Assembly (NCBI GenBank): GCA_977017575.1
Contig: CDRNVI010000008.1
Span: forward strand, 1 to 64,000
Length of the DNA stretch: 64,000 nt
Direction: 5' to 3'
Origin: Paramoeba atlantica
Taxonomy: Eukaryota > Protista > Discosea
Numbering within the stretch: the stretch's first letter is position 1; each line of letters opens with the position of its first letter. Positions 50,936-61,954 of this stretch are shown piece by piece. A program made the position numbers and the translations under genes. Under the pieces are notes generated by a model that was not told the origin of the DNA, searched no databases, and saw nothing but the letters and a program-made list of their open reading frames with translations.

Positions 50936-51334
50936 TTCCGTGTCACATACAGAGCACATATAGTTAAAGGTGGTCCTTTTATCTAATGTAAGAAACATTG
51001 AGATGGAACACGAACGTGCATATTCAGAAAACTGAAAGGCGCATTCTTCCTTTGTAAACAGCATCTATTTATGAAGGTGTAACGCATTTGAGCCCCTGTT
51101 CTTAAACACTTTCTATTATTCTTTGTGGTTCTTCTGTATACTGATACAATTTTGAGTTGAACAAAGCTTTTTTTTCGAACCTTCTGAGATTAATTTTGTC
51201 TTTTAGTTATTAAAGTTCTTCATAGGCATTTTTGTTTTTACTTTGTACTTCAAAGAACTTGGCGCACTCGCTGCTTCACAGCGGAGTTATGCGTTATACG
51301 TGGTGAATCCCTACATCTGAAATGGTCGCAAAGC

Positions 51335-52543
51335 ATGAATGAAGAGCTCCCCTTGTCGGACAGTGGCATGCATCGTACCTCGTCAGTTCGAGAGCGAGCT
51401 TGGAGACATAGGCTTTCGCACCTTATTGCTCAGGCGGACATGTTTCTTAAACCCCGAGAAGATTTCAAGTCTCACACCTCTTCTCCGTACGGTCTAGCAA
51501 TTCATCTTATCACGTTTCTTTTCTTATTGTCTCTCACAGGGTATGAGATATGGGCAACACGCATCTCCCCTTCCTTTTTTTCAAAATATGTTCGAGTGGA
51601 TGGAACTGTTGATGGAATGGTTCCACTGCATTTCAACATTACGTTACCTCACGTACAATGCCTTGATGCGACGCTCTACGTGATGGATGCTGTAGGACTG
51701 CAGCAAAATGACCTACAACAAAATGTGCAAAAAATACCCGTCGATCGCGGTGGTAAACTCCTTTGGGAGGGCTTCTACGAAGAGGGTAAGAATCCAAACT
51801 CACGACAGGGAAGCACTGCGTACGACCCTCGTAATGACCCGCTTTCTCCACTTTATTGTGGATCATGTAATCTCCCAGAACTCGTCTCTGAACAGCGCCT
51901 CTCCGACTCCTCTTCCTTTTTTTCCTCTGCTTTTTGTTGCAACACTTGTGAGAGTATTCTGAGTCTGTACGATAGGCATCAAATACCACGTCCCGCGCTC
52001 CTCACCATACCACAATGTCATCATGAGCTCTCCCTGTTCCACCCAGGTTGTAATCTCCAGGGCACCATACTTTTACACAAAGTCCGAGGGAGTATGCACG
52101 TGATCCCAGGAACGCGCACAGAGCTGTCGAGTCTTCTCTTCGAGCCTGGCCGCATCTGTCCGCTAAATTCTTCCCATCGAATTCACCATATATGGTTTGG
52201 GACCGATCGAACCGCTAGTGAACCGATGCCACTCAAGGAGTACACGCATATCTCGGAGCAATCACAATTTGTAAAATACTTTTTGCAAATCATGCCCGCA
52301 TCAAGGGAGACACACGACGGGTTTACCTACACAGCCAGTGCACAGCACTATGATGCCGAAACGGGCTTACAACCTGGTGTGTTCTTTTCGTTTGATTTTA
52401 CCCCGATGCACCTGCTCAGTTTGGATGACAGGGAGGATCTCAGCCGCCTTTGTATTCGTCTATGCGGTATTTTTGGCGGTCTATTTTTGTTTCATCGACT
52501 TGCCTTGTATTTTACAACATCAATGACGAAAGAAACCATGTAG
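51335..52543 (+). CDS. ERV46: ERGIC3/Erv46-type COPII vesicle protein
   Basis: NITLPHVQC..MDAVG, YCGSC, CCNTCE, GCNLQGTILLHKVRGSMHVIPG, SHRIHHIWFG, PGVFFSFDFTPM, LCGIFGGLF; two TM segments. Confidence 0.9.
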   Translation: MNEELPLSDSGMHRTSSVRERAWRHRLSHLIAQADMFLKPREDFKSHTSSPYGLAIHLITFLFLLSLTGYEIWATRISPSFFSKYVRVDGTVDGMVPLHFNITLPHVQCLDATLYVMDAVGLQQNDLQQNVQKIPVDRGGKLLWEGFYEEGKNPNSRQGSTAYDPRNDPLSPLYCGSCNLPELVSEQRLSDSSSFFSSAFCCNTCESILSLYDRHQIPRPALLTIPQCHHELSLFHPGCNLQGTILLHKVRGSMHVIPGTRTELSSLLFEPGRICPLNSSHRIHHIWFGTDRTASEPMPLKEYTHISEQSQFVKYFLQIMPASRETHDGFTYTASAQHYDAETGLQPGVFFSFDFTPMHLLSLDDREDLSRLCIRLCGIFGGLFLFHRLALYFTTSMTKETM

Positions 52544-52720
52544 TGCAGACGAAAATTTAGAATGCAGAAAACGAATAGTTTGAGAGCTATATTTTGCATG
52601 GTGATAGCTTCGTGGGATATTACGTCAGTTTTTTTCATCCGGTTTGATGGTCAATATGAAAAACGCATGACATATTCTACACCCATAAGTTAGCACTAGT
52701 AAATAAATTTACATTGGCAT

Positions 52721-53621
52721 ATGCTACGTTCGCATTTGATTAAAGTTTCTTGTCATATTGTTATTTGCTTATTCGCAATGCTATCTTTTTTTGAAATTGC
52801 AGATGTACGAAATACGGTGGGACGAGTGCGCGGCGCCTTCCTTCCACAAGCATATAAACTCAGTCGCGTACTACGGAATACTACAAAACTGCATTCGAGT
52901 TGGAGTACGGAAACGACAGCATGTCGATGGACGGGCGTGGGTTGTGATGCGTAGAAACAAGTCAGTGATATCCGGTGGGGCACGCAGGGACTGAGAGGAA
53001 CAATTTTTTGGATTGATTTTCCACAAACCGTGAAACTGATTATTCATGGAGTTTATAGTTTTAAAGGAGGTATAAATCAAATTGAAGGCGTTCTTCCCAC
53101 ATCGGACTTACCATCAGCGCTAAACATGTTCATACTTGACAGCAACAAGTTGAGTGAAGTAATACGCTTCGATCAGCTTCCCGTGAGTTTGGTATCATTG
53201 GAAGTGGCTGATAGTCAGTTTGAGGGAGTCGTGACCCTTCATACGCTTCCGCCTATCTTACTTAACCTGGACTTACGACAAAATCGATTCTCGGGGGACT
53301 TCACTATAATTTGCCTCCAGAGTTGGAATGTCTCAACATTTCCGAAAACTTTATTAGCGGGCATCTAAATCTCCCGAAAAATCTAAATCTCCCAAAAAAA
53401 AATTGGATTCAATTGATTTAGATGAAAATTCATTCAGCGGGAATCTTGATTTTTCTTCCCTTTCACCATTTCTCAAACTCCTGCATCTACTAGGCAATTG
53501 TCTTGATGGAAATCTAGACCTCAGTAACACCGTTTCTTTATGTGCATTGGACGTACGTTGAAATAATTTTTCATCCATCGTGCCAAGCCCTCCACAGGTT
53601 TATTTGCGCTACGACCCATAA
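52721..53621 (+). pseudogene. LRR-protein pseudogene paralogous to 38723-39865
   Basis: Same cap (W...CRWTGVGCD...IRW) and LRR consensus. In-frame TAG at 52952-52954, frameshifts near 53300 and at an A9 run near 53400, and a further TGA. Confidence 0.85.
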
Positions 53622-53646
53622 TAGCTTTGAAAGTCCCTTTCATATA

Positions 53647-54753
53647 CTCCCCCCTTCATTAATTTCTATAAATGCCTTACCGAAGTTTTTGAAAAAAAAG
53701 TTATAGATTTGTGAAAAATTATATTTTCGCTCGGAGGTCAACTTTTGCGACAGTTCTTTTCGGAACTATACCTATCTTGGATCAAGACGAGGACGAAGCT
53801 CATGAAACTTTCGCTTCGGAAAGTGCTGATCAACCTTTTGCACTCTGAAATTATAACCAGTGCACATTTTTCCGTCCGCAGCAACGGTTTTCTATTTGTC
53901 GTATCTAAGTTTTTTCTGTGGTTTTGCTCTTTTTTTAAGTTTTTTGGAATCGCCGAGTCTCTATCCCAATATACCCTGAATATTCCTGTTTCCTCATCGC
54001 TTTTTTAACACCTACGCTGGTCGATAATACTTTCTTTCTGACCGGCGACCTACCGGACCTTCCTTCTTGAACTTCCTGACAAAACGTCAGCGACGATTGC
54101 AGGATGGCAAATACTTTCCTCGACTGGATGCAAGTGCGTGCAGCGAATTCTTTGCAAGAACTCAAGGCTCCGCCCGAGCTGAACAAGAGTTTAGTCGCTC
54201 TAGATCGTGTCTTTCCGTTCCTTAAAATTCGACATGCAGATGCCCCCAATGAAACGCTATCCAATCCGTCAAACGAACCGTCTTCACGGTTAGCTGAAAT
54301 CGCCCGCAGACTACTTCGCGCATGAAATTAGCTGAACGACGTCTTGGAGGAAACGACCGAGCTGAAAGGGTTTTTAGGGCGCTCTAGAGCTTTTCCCTCT
54401 TTTCGAAGGACAATCAAGTTTTCACGAACGAAGGCTTTCTTTTTTCTACTCAGTTTTCGCGGACTGCGGCGATTGGGGGACACGATCAGCGAAGACCTAC
54501 GGTCAACACTTGGGGCTACCCAACCCCTCCATATTAAAGTTAGAAAACTTTTAGGTTTTGCTTAGTGTCGTGTAAAGTGAGAGTAGCCCGCACCCGGGAG
54601 GCCCACAAAAGTATGTTCGAACGTCCACCCACCAAAGTAACCGACCAAAGAGAATACCCCACTTCATTAATTTCTATAAATATTTATATTTTATAAATAT
54701 AAATTTGATTTTTTGTTATAATCTATATTTATAGAAATTAATGGAGGGGGGAG
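53647..54753. mobile_element. 1107-bp TIR element with Stowaway/mariner-like CTCCC termini and TA duplication
   Basis: 27-bp TIRs at 53647-53673 and 54727-54753 (1 mismatch). TA at 53645-53646 and 54754-54755. A third partial TIR copy lies at 54662-54681. Confidence 0.88.
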
Positions 54754-55041
54754 TACAGGTGTACGTCCTACACAGTTTTTATTATTTTATTTTACATGTA
54801 GTGTCGCGTACTAATAAAGCGATCCAGGCATAAGGGGGCGAAGGAGATACGAAGCAACAGATGTAGCAGATTCCCACTGAAAAGATATTGTATCTCCCTG
54901 CACGAGAAATGCTTGCCTTTGCAGTGGCTTGATCGGAGACGAGCTCGTCCAGGGACTTTATACCTGGATTCTACACTGCATAACCCCACGAAAAACTTGC
55001 CAGCTGGCCACCCACTCAAAAAGTGGCCAGCTGTCCAACTA

Positions 55042-55397
55042 CTGTATACCCCCCCAGTAAGAGAATGGGTTTTGGGTAGAAATGGCCAAATCTCTCTTAC
55101 TGGGGGGGGTATGCTTTTTTCGCCAGTTTCCTCTTTTCTCCCAACTTTTTTGACTATTTTTTTCTATTTTTTCTTCTGAACACGTGTTAAAACGCTTCTT
55201 TGGGTTACCCCCGAGGCCTCCAACATGCAGACACCCACCCCCTACCCCCTATACGCCCCCTGTGGGGCTCCCGAGCCAAATCTCTCTTACTGGTGGTCAG
55301 CCCAAAAAGGGCCAAATCTCTCTTACTGGTGGTCAGCCCAAAAAAAGGGCCAAATCTCTCTTACTGCGGGGGTATCTTACTGGAGGGGGGTATACGG
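55042..55397. mobile_element. Tc2/pogo-type MITE, copy B (complete, 356 bp)
   Basis: TA|CTGTATACCCCCCCAGTAAGA ... TCTTACTGGAGGGGGGTATACGG|TA; internal GCCAAATCTCTCTTACTG repeats. Confidence 0.9.
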
Positions 55398-56017
55398 TAT
55401 TTCAGAAGGTGATCAGCTGGCTACGTTTTCAAGAGGTGGCCAGCTGACCATAAAAAATCGTGCTTTTTTTCGTTCATTCGTTATGCCACCGGCCACTGAA
55501 ATGTATTTTGAGAAAAAAAGTATTTCTGGAACTTAGTTTGGGAGCTGAAAAATCTTCCCCGAGCTTGGAAAGAGATGTAGTTTATGAATTCGGGGATGAA
55601 TATCAATCCTCTTCGCGATTTTTAGTCACATTTTTAGTAAACAGGTTCTAAAAACTGCGTACTGTGCTCGATTTCTTTCATGTTTAATGCAATGCTGAGA
55701 TTCTGTAATGAAAAAGACCTGTGCTTTGAAATTTTTGAAAAATCATTTTTATACCAATTTCTCTTATACGTGCATCTTATGCTCGTCGAATTAACCTTAG
55801 TAAGCGAGTTAGATGCTCACCGTATCTCCCTCAATACACTTTATTCTGACTGACTGCACTGTGTCCATTGTGTAGTTACTCCATTGCATTCTGGTTAATA
55901 AAAGGGCAGTAGAATTCTTTACAAACTTCTAATGTTCACAATCATTTTCAATGGCTCTTAGAAAAGAGTTTTTTGCATGATCTCTGGAAAAGCGCTCTCC
56001 TCGGAATCCTGGAGCGT

Positions 56018-56434
56018 ATGATTACGTTATCTTTCTACTATTGGCATACAACTTCTATTGCATACTTTTTCCTCTGTCTTTTCTGCACAAAGCCCAATTC
56101 AATACGTAGGATAGGTTGCAGCATAGCATTCGGGAAAGAAGAGTTTGTTAGTACTAGTGACGGTTATATTTGTTTGAAGTTGGTAAACAATTCGTATACG
56201 AATGGAAGCTTTGCACCATCTCCTAACTTAAATAACTTTTCTGTCCCATCTTTTCCTGAATCGGGCACCAATACTTCTCGAAAAAAAGTAGATTATGAAG
56301 TGGCGCCACGAACTGGTATTCAGTTAGTTCCGGAATTTGTTCAGTGGATTATTGGATCTATTATTGTGCTGCTAGCGTTAGTAATTGGTCGGTACTTTGA
56401 TCCTCCTCCATACGGAACAGATCAGAGACTGTAA
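56018..56434 (+). CDS. Possible small membrane protein
   Basis: 138-aa ORF with a C-terminal hydrophobic helix (WIIGSIIVLLALVIG). Confidence 0.4.
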   Translation: MITLSFYYWHTTSIAYFFLCLFCTKPNSIRRIGCSIAFGKEEFVSTSDGYICLKLVNNSYTNGSFAPSPNLNNFSVPSFPESGTNTSRKKVDYEVAPRTGIQLVPEFVQWIIGSIIVLLALVIGRYFDPPPYGTDQRL

Positions 56435-56621
56435 TTTGTTTTTGAATTTGCGCCTGGGAACACTCCCAGTGAAAGTCTATCAATTCATGCAGTCATGGGT
56501 CTCATATTCAAATTATTTTGTTTAGATGCCTACGTGATCCTATCGCAAACTATGTACCTTGTTTAACACGAAAATTGATTTCATTTCTTCAATTACGTTC
56601 TTCATGAGACACTTGTAATTA

Positions 56622-57578
56622 ATGTCATTCTCAGAGTGTCTGCTGGGTGTGCCCAAAGACGCCACTATCGATTTTGAAAAGTACCTGAGTCACAAAATTG
56701 GTCCTATAAAAAAGCGAGAGGAAGTCTGCGTTGACTTCCAGGATGGCAAATGTCACAAAGAAGAATGTACGTTCCGCCATGCCTTGGTGAATGATGAGAT
56801 GTTTCTTCGCAAAGCGCGAAAAGAGGTTTGCAAATATTGGCTACGTGGTCTGTGCTGCGCTGGGGAGGACTGTCTCTGGCTTCACGAGTACGACGTGGAC
56901 AAAATTCCTCCTTGTATTTATGTCGAAAAATTAGGCGAGTGTGGGAACCCGGAGTGTATTTACCAACACCCGGAGGAGAACAGCCGCATCCCGCGGTGCG
57001 CGGCCTATGACAGGGGCTTTTGCAGTTTCGGTCCAAACTGCTCCTTGCGTCATGTCACGGGGATGTCCTGTCCAAGTTATCTGGCCGGGTTCTGTCCGTT
57101 TGGTCCTCGATGTACGTTACAACATCCTAAGATGGTGTTTTTTGATGAGGAGAGTGTGCGGGAGCGAATTCGTCATGATCTTGCGGTAAGTCCAGGCTCT
57201 CCTAACCTAAAAGTGGTGTGTGATCGCTGTCGCGATCCTGGACACATTGCCCCTCAGTGCCCTGGAAAAGAGGAGGGAAAAGTGTTTAAGGCGTTGCAGC
57301 AGCGTCAGGAGCCCGGAGCCCCTCCGATTCGGGAAGGTTGTTACTATTGCGGGGAGAGGGATCATGTGGCCCGTACGTGTCCGAAGCGCACGGACGATTT
57401 TCAAAAATCGAACCGTGTTCGCTCAACTCGGTATCAAGAGCGCTCTCATTTTCAACGTGGAGGAACGGAGGGCAGGTTTCCGTCTGATGGGAATTCAAAC
57501 GAAATGCGCTACAAAGAGCCGGGATGGGGGTCCAATTTCCGATTGCAAACTACGTCCGTTCAAGAAAATTCTAGATAG
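56622..57578 (+). CDS. CPSF30: Cleavage and polyadenylation specificity factor 30-kDa subunit
   Basis: Five CCCH fingers (e.g. VCKYWLRGLC..GEDC.WLHEYD) and two CCHC knuckles (CDRCRDPGHIAPQC, CYYCGERDHVARTC). Confidence 0.95.
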   Translation: MSFSECLLGVPKDATIDFEKYLSHKIGPIKKREEVCVDFQDGKCHKEECTFRHALVNDEMFLRKARKEVCKYWLRGLCCAGEDCLWLHEYDVDKIPPCIYVEKLGECGNPECIYQHPEENSRIPRCAAYDRGFCSFGPNCSLRHVTGMSCPSYLAGFCPFGPRCTLQHPKMVFFDEESVRERIRHDLAVSPGSPNLKVVCDRCRDPGHIAPQCPGKEEGKVFKALQQRQEPGAPPIREGCYYCGERDHVARTCPKRTDDFQKSNRVRSTRYQERSHFQRGGTEGRFPSDGNSNEMRYKEPGWGSNFRLQTTSVQENSR

Positions 57579-57852
57579 AAGTTGAACATGTTTTGTTTCG
57601 TAAACTTATGCTGGAATACAGGGTCCGCGGTGCAGTATCGTACACTGTATGGTATGGTATTTCCGTTCATTTTTCAGTGAGATACAGTGTATGTAAATTA
57701 TATCGTTGGGATTTATTCGCTTATTGTACATGTAAACTTATCGTTGTAAGCTTTATCATATTGAACACCACGTAATATTTATTTCGCTTTTTCTACTTTT
57801 GAAGAGTAGGTACACGTTCTATAATTTTGTTTCTGATGTGTTGTATCAAATA

Positions 57853-59217
57853 ATGAAAAACATCAACTTTCTTCTCAACGAACTAAAACGTTTACGAAGG
57901 CGGTTGCCATCGGTTGGAGACTTAGCTGTGGGAGAGAATTCACAAGTTACTTCATGTGCAACAGATATTCGAACAGAGGCTTGCAAAGCTTGGAACGGAA
58001 CGCTTCCGCTTTCTTCTCATGACCTCCAAAGCTTCCTTCAACACAACGGTATTACAATCAAATGTGATAACGTAGATGAACTTGGCGCAGCAACGCAGCA
58101 ACACAATGTACGAGCAGAAACAAGATCTGATTATATAGGTTGTTCAAAAGTTTTCATAGATTTGTGGCGCGAGGCCGGGTATTTGGGTCTAGATTTACCG
58201 AAACAACACTGGGATAAATTACTCTGTCCAATTTTGAGGGAAAGTAGCACACTCCCTCTCTTGTACCAGGTTTTGCTTTATTCTGTTCTCCTGCTTCATC
58301 GCAGAGACGATGATTTAGAACTACTTTCAACTCAAATATCTTCTTTAATACCTTGTGCTGGACTACCAGAACTCCTTACTCTTGCACGCACTCTAAGCTC
58401 TAACCTGAACAGAACCCATAGCACTAGACTTGAGGTAGCCTTAATGAGACGAGTGCATGCATTAGCTTTGTCCTTGCCATCCGAAAGCATGGTGGAAGTG
58501 TTGCTCTCGACGGCGAATGTACGTACAAACACGTTTCCTTGGATAGACCTTCTTCCTCTTTTTCTGAAACGTCATCTCCCACGATGCGGAGAGGACGAAA
58601 GCTACCGCGTACTACACACTGCTTTAACAACTCACAATTTTCGCAATGAGGCTAAAATTCGAAATATATTGGACCATCTCATCCTTCTTTCTCAATTGCG
58701 TATTGAAAAGAGTCTCAGTGGTGGAAAGCTCCGAAGTAGTAACTGTGAGCATGATGAATTACAGAACCCTCACATTGTTTCTTCGCGGAGGCTGAGTTTA
58801 ACGGAGCATCACGCATCAGAGTTTTGTACGCTAATTTCTCGAAACTCTTTTTTACAGCATATCATGCTCTCTTCAAGTCAATACCGGCGCTATCTACTCG
58901 AATATCTTTTGCCTGTCTGCTTTTTCGGGTCTCCAAATTTAAACGAAAAATTCTCGAACAAAATGAAAGAGTCCAAACGCTCCAAAGTTAAGGATATACC
59001 TGCTAAGCATATTATCGGTGTTGCTAAAGTACTACTACTGCTACACAATGCTCTCTGCTCTTCCAATACAACCGAAATGTCACACGACAATATGAGTCCG
59101 TACAGGTCGAAAACTCTGCTTCGATACTTTGCTGGTGAAGTAGGGCCGGAACTCGCTTCTCGTTCTCCTCCTTATCTACGTAGGGAATTGGAGCACACGT
59201 TTCGGATTGGTAACTGA
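57853..59217 (+). CDS. Hypothetical Leu-rich helical protein
   Basis: 454-aa ORF on the coding strand. Confidence 0.7.
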   Translation: MKNINFLLNELKRLRRRLPSVGDLAVGENSQVTSCATDIRTEACKAWNGTLPLSSHDLQSFLQHNGITIKCDNVDELGAATQQHNVRAETRSDYIGCSKVFIDLWREAGYLGLDLPKQHWDKLLCPILRESSTLPLLYQVLLYSVLLLHRRDDDLELLSTQISSLIPCAGLPELLTLARTLSSNLNRTHSTRLEVALMRRVHALALSLPSESMVEVLLSTANVRTNTFPWIDLLPLFLKRHLPRCGEDESYRVLHTALTTHNFRNEAKIRNILDHLILLSQLRIEKSLSGGKLRSSNCEHDELQNPHIVSSRRLSLTEHHASEFCTLISRNSFLQHIMLSSSQYRRYLLEYLLPVCFFGSPNLNEKFSNKMKESKRSKVKDIPAKHIIGVAKVLLLLHNALCSSNTTEMSHDNMSPYRSKTLLRYFAGEVGPELASRSPPYLRRELEHTFRIGN

Positions 59218-59464
59218 ACCTTCGCATGACCTTTCGATAAGCTTTGCTACAGTTAATGTCACCGTACGATGAGCGTTGTTAGCGCAATGGTCATTCATAA
59301 CGGTCTTCATATGACATACAGTTCTCAATGAATGGAGGTCAAAACTGTCCATATTTTCACTTTTTGTTTATCATAAATTACGGTGTCTATTAAAACTTCA
59401 ATCTAAATAGAAACAGGAGCTTCTCAATTATCATCATTATTTAAAATATGGATTACGGAATTAA

Positions 59465-61726
59465 ATGAATGTATCGTTGAGTTATTGTGTTCGTGAATTA
59501 GAACGCAGAGCTCACACATGGGGATCCGCTTGGATATTGCTCTGTGTTCAAGATCTTCGCCGAATTCAATATGAGCCTTGTGTACAAGGCACGAATGCTC
59601 TACTAAAAGCACAAAACGTAGTTTACAATCATTTACACTCAACCTCAGAGCGTTCAACACGTGACTCAGATACGCCAGAAAGAGATATTAGTTGCTGCGA
59701 AATAATCTCTAGTCTTCGGGAAATGAGTGAGCTTTCTCTCCTTGATTTCGAACTGACAAAAACTGCATGCGGTGTTTTACGCCCGATGCTCTGCAAACGA
59801 ATGGAAATGAAATTACTAAGTGTCGATGATCTTGTTTTTTCGGCAGAAGTATCTCTTTCATGCGAAGCCTTCTATGCCAATTCTCTTGCTCGGCGCATTA
59901 TAGAGTATCTTGTTGAACATCGAGGACACCAACTTACTTTGTCTCATTTCGCGTCTATTTTAAGCGTATACAGGAAAACGAATCTAGAACGCGAAGAATC
60001 TCCTTCAAATGTTGGAACACTTCCAAATCGTTTCGTCCATTTGCTAAGTAGGTCTCTGAAGACAGAAAAGGCAGTTTGCGCACTGGATTACTGCAAACTT
60101 CTTATTAACGCAACTGCCTTTCCTGAATTGTCCGAAAATTTAAGCGAAGGTCCCGCTATGCAGCTTTTGTGTCGTTATTGTGTTGACGGAATAAATGAAA
60201 TGAGCAATATAGACATATGGGTCGAGTTTTTATTAACCGCAGTACCACGTTTTCCTTATTTATACGTCAGCTCTGAAATTGGAAATGCCATGATACGAAA
60301 TTTTCCTAACCTAAAAATTTCTGAGCTTTCACTCGCCCAAGCAACAAATATCTTAGAAGGTATTCTGCGTTTAGAATGGGACGAAAAGACACCCGCAAAT
60401 AGTCGATCAATGCAAATCTTGAAAGCTTTTGTTCAAGATGTTCGTGACGCAAGTGAAAATGGGATTGTCATGAATTCGAAAAGTGGAAAGAAGGAAGACA
60501 AACGAAAAACATCTCGTCGTGACAAGACTACTCTTTCTGAATCTCGTTTTACTGCTATCACTTTAGCTTTTGGGGTTCGAGTGTTTGCCGCCCCGGATGA
60601 AGTTCTCTGCAATGAGTTGTTTGATTTTTTAATCAACCGTAATATTGAGGAACTAAGTGCCTTCGAATTCATTACCTTATTTAGGGAAGCTCGACGCTTT
60701 CCTCTTTTTTCTCAAACCCGCATGGTGAGGTTATTTGACAATCTCTTAGGTGCTCGTTTTTATAGGTTACAGAAAGAAAAAATGGACGTACACTCTTTGC
60801 TACTTCTTATTGAACTTGCAGGTTTGTACAAGACAGTTAATCTAGCTGTTATCAGATGTGCAGCAATCCATTTTCAGAAACTTATCCCTACTATGAGTCC
60901 AACTATTCTTTTACGTGGAGGAACGTCACTTCTGCGGTTTCGTGTGAACGTTCCGGAGCTATGGGCCGATTTCTCAAGGCGGCTTTGGGATTTCGTTTTG
61001 CACCCAGACACCGAAGGGGGTGGATGGGCCTTCGATACGTTTACTTTGGCTTCCGCAAGTAGACTTGGAGTTGAATTACATGAAATGCAGCTAGGGGTGG
61101 CGAACAGGCAAGCACTTTCCCTCTTAGAGGAAGCCTATTATTCACGTTTCTCGACACTCACTCTTGAAGGAATGCCACAAGCGTGGGACACACTTCGATA
61201 TGGACAGCTTGGTACAGTAAAACGGCAACAAGCCGGTGTGCAGCTTTTGGCCACATTGCACAATCATTTAGGGATTCCTTGGAGGGAAAGCGTGGGGTCG
61301 TCTCTATCCAGAACATCGACTCACGCAGAGCTTCCAATTGCGTCTTCTTCCGAATCGCACGATAAATATAAATTTTCTTTGGATGCGGATACAGATATTC
61401 TTTTATGTTTGCGGATTATTCATGGAATTGTGGGCTGCTCTAAGCTTCTTGAGTCATCACACGTAAAGGACTCCATTTTGCATCTTCTTAAAAACAATGT
61501 ACAACCAAAGCTGAAGCTCGTTCTTGCTCCTCTTTTTGTCACACTCATGCGCGATGTGCAATTTCTAGAAAAAGTGGAAGAGACCTTTCCTTATTTAGAA
61601 GACTTTCAGGACAACTCTCTTCGATTATGGGAACGCTTGTCTCCTCCAAGTAGGAAAGACGTCATTCGAGGCCTGTTGGTTCTCGGCGCTTCAAGCACTG
61701 AACTTGCCTCCAGATTCCAGAGTTGA
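59465..61726 (+). CDS. Hypothetical helical-repeat-like protein
   Basis: 753-aa ATG ORF on the coding strand. Confidence 0.75.
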   Translation: MNVSLSYCVRELERRAHTWGSAWILLCVQDLRRIQYEPCVQGTNALLKAQNVVYNHLHSTSERSTRDSDTPERDISCCEIISSLREMSELSLLDFELTKTACGVLRPMLCKRMEMKLLSVDDLVFSAEVSLSCEAFYANSLARRIIEYLVEHRGHQLTLSHFASILSVYRKTNLEREESPSNVGTLPNRFVHLLSRSLKTEKAVCALDYCKLLINATAFPELSENLSEGPAMQLLCRYCVDGINEMSNIDIWVEFLLTAVPRFPYLYVSSEIGNAMIRNFPNLKISELSLAQATNILEGILRLEWDEKTPANSRSMQILKAFVQDVRDASENGIVMNSKSGKKEDKRKTSRRDKTTLSESRFTAITLAFGVRVFAAPDEVLCNELFDFLINRNIEELSAFEFITLFREARRFPLFSQTRMVRLFDNLLGARFYRLQKEKMDVHSLLLLIELAGLYKTVNLAVIRCAAIHFQKLIPTMSPTILLRGGTSLLRFRVNVPELWADFSRRLWDFVLHPDTEGGGWAFDTFTLASASRLGVELHEMQLGVANRQALSLLEEAYYSRFSTLTLEGMPQAWDTLRYGQLGTVKRQQAGVQLLATLHNHLGIPWRESVGSSLSRTSTHAELPIASSSESHDKYKFSLDADTDILLCLRIIHGIVGCSKLLESSHVKDSILHLLKNNVQPKLKLVLAPLFVTLMRDVQFLEKVEETFPYLEDFQDNSLRLWERLSPPSRKDVIRGLLVLGASSTELASRFQS

Positions 61727-61954
61727 AGGATTGTGTTCCATTCTCTTCGTTTTCATGATTCATTTGTTGTCTTGTCGCTTTCATCATCACATTTTCTATA
61801 CTTCAGTTGCCTAGACTACCAATTCTGAAACAATTGTTTTGTACTCTTATTTGCTTTGGGTGAGATATCGATTGCCATATCACAAACTGAACATGTATTC
61901 TTTACATTCTTTATATCCAGAGAAATTATTGCACTACTTTTTCATATAAAAAAA

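Noticed and set aside
52952-52954. In-frame TAG in the LRR gene as evidence of stop-codon reassignment
   Set aside because: The same locus has frameshifts, and intact genes end normally in TAA, TAG and TGA with no internal stops.
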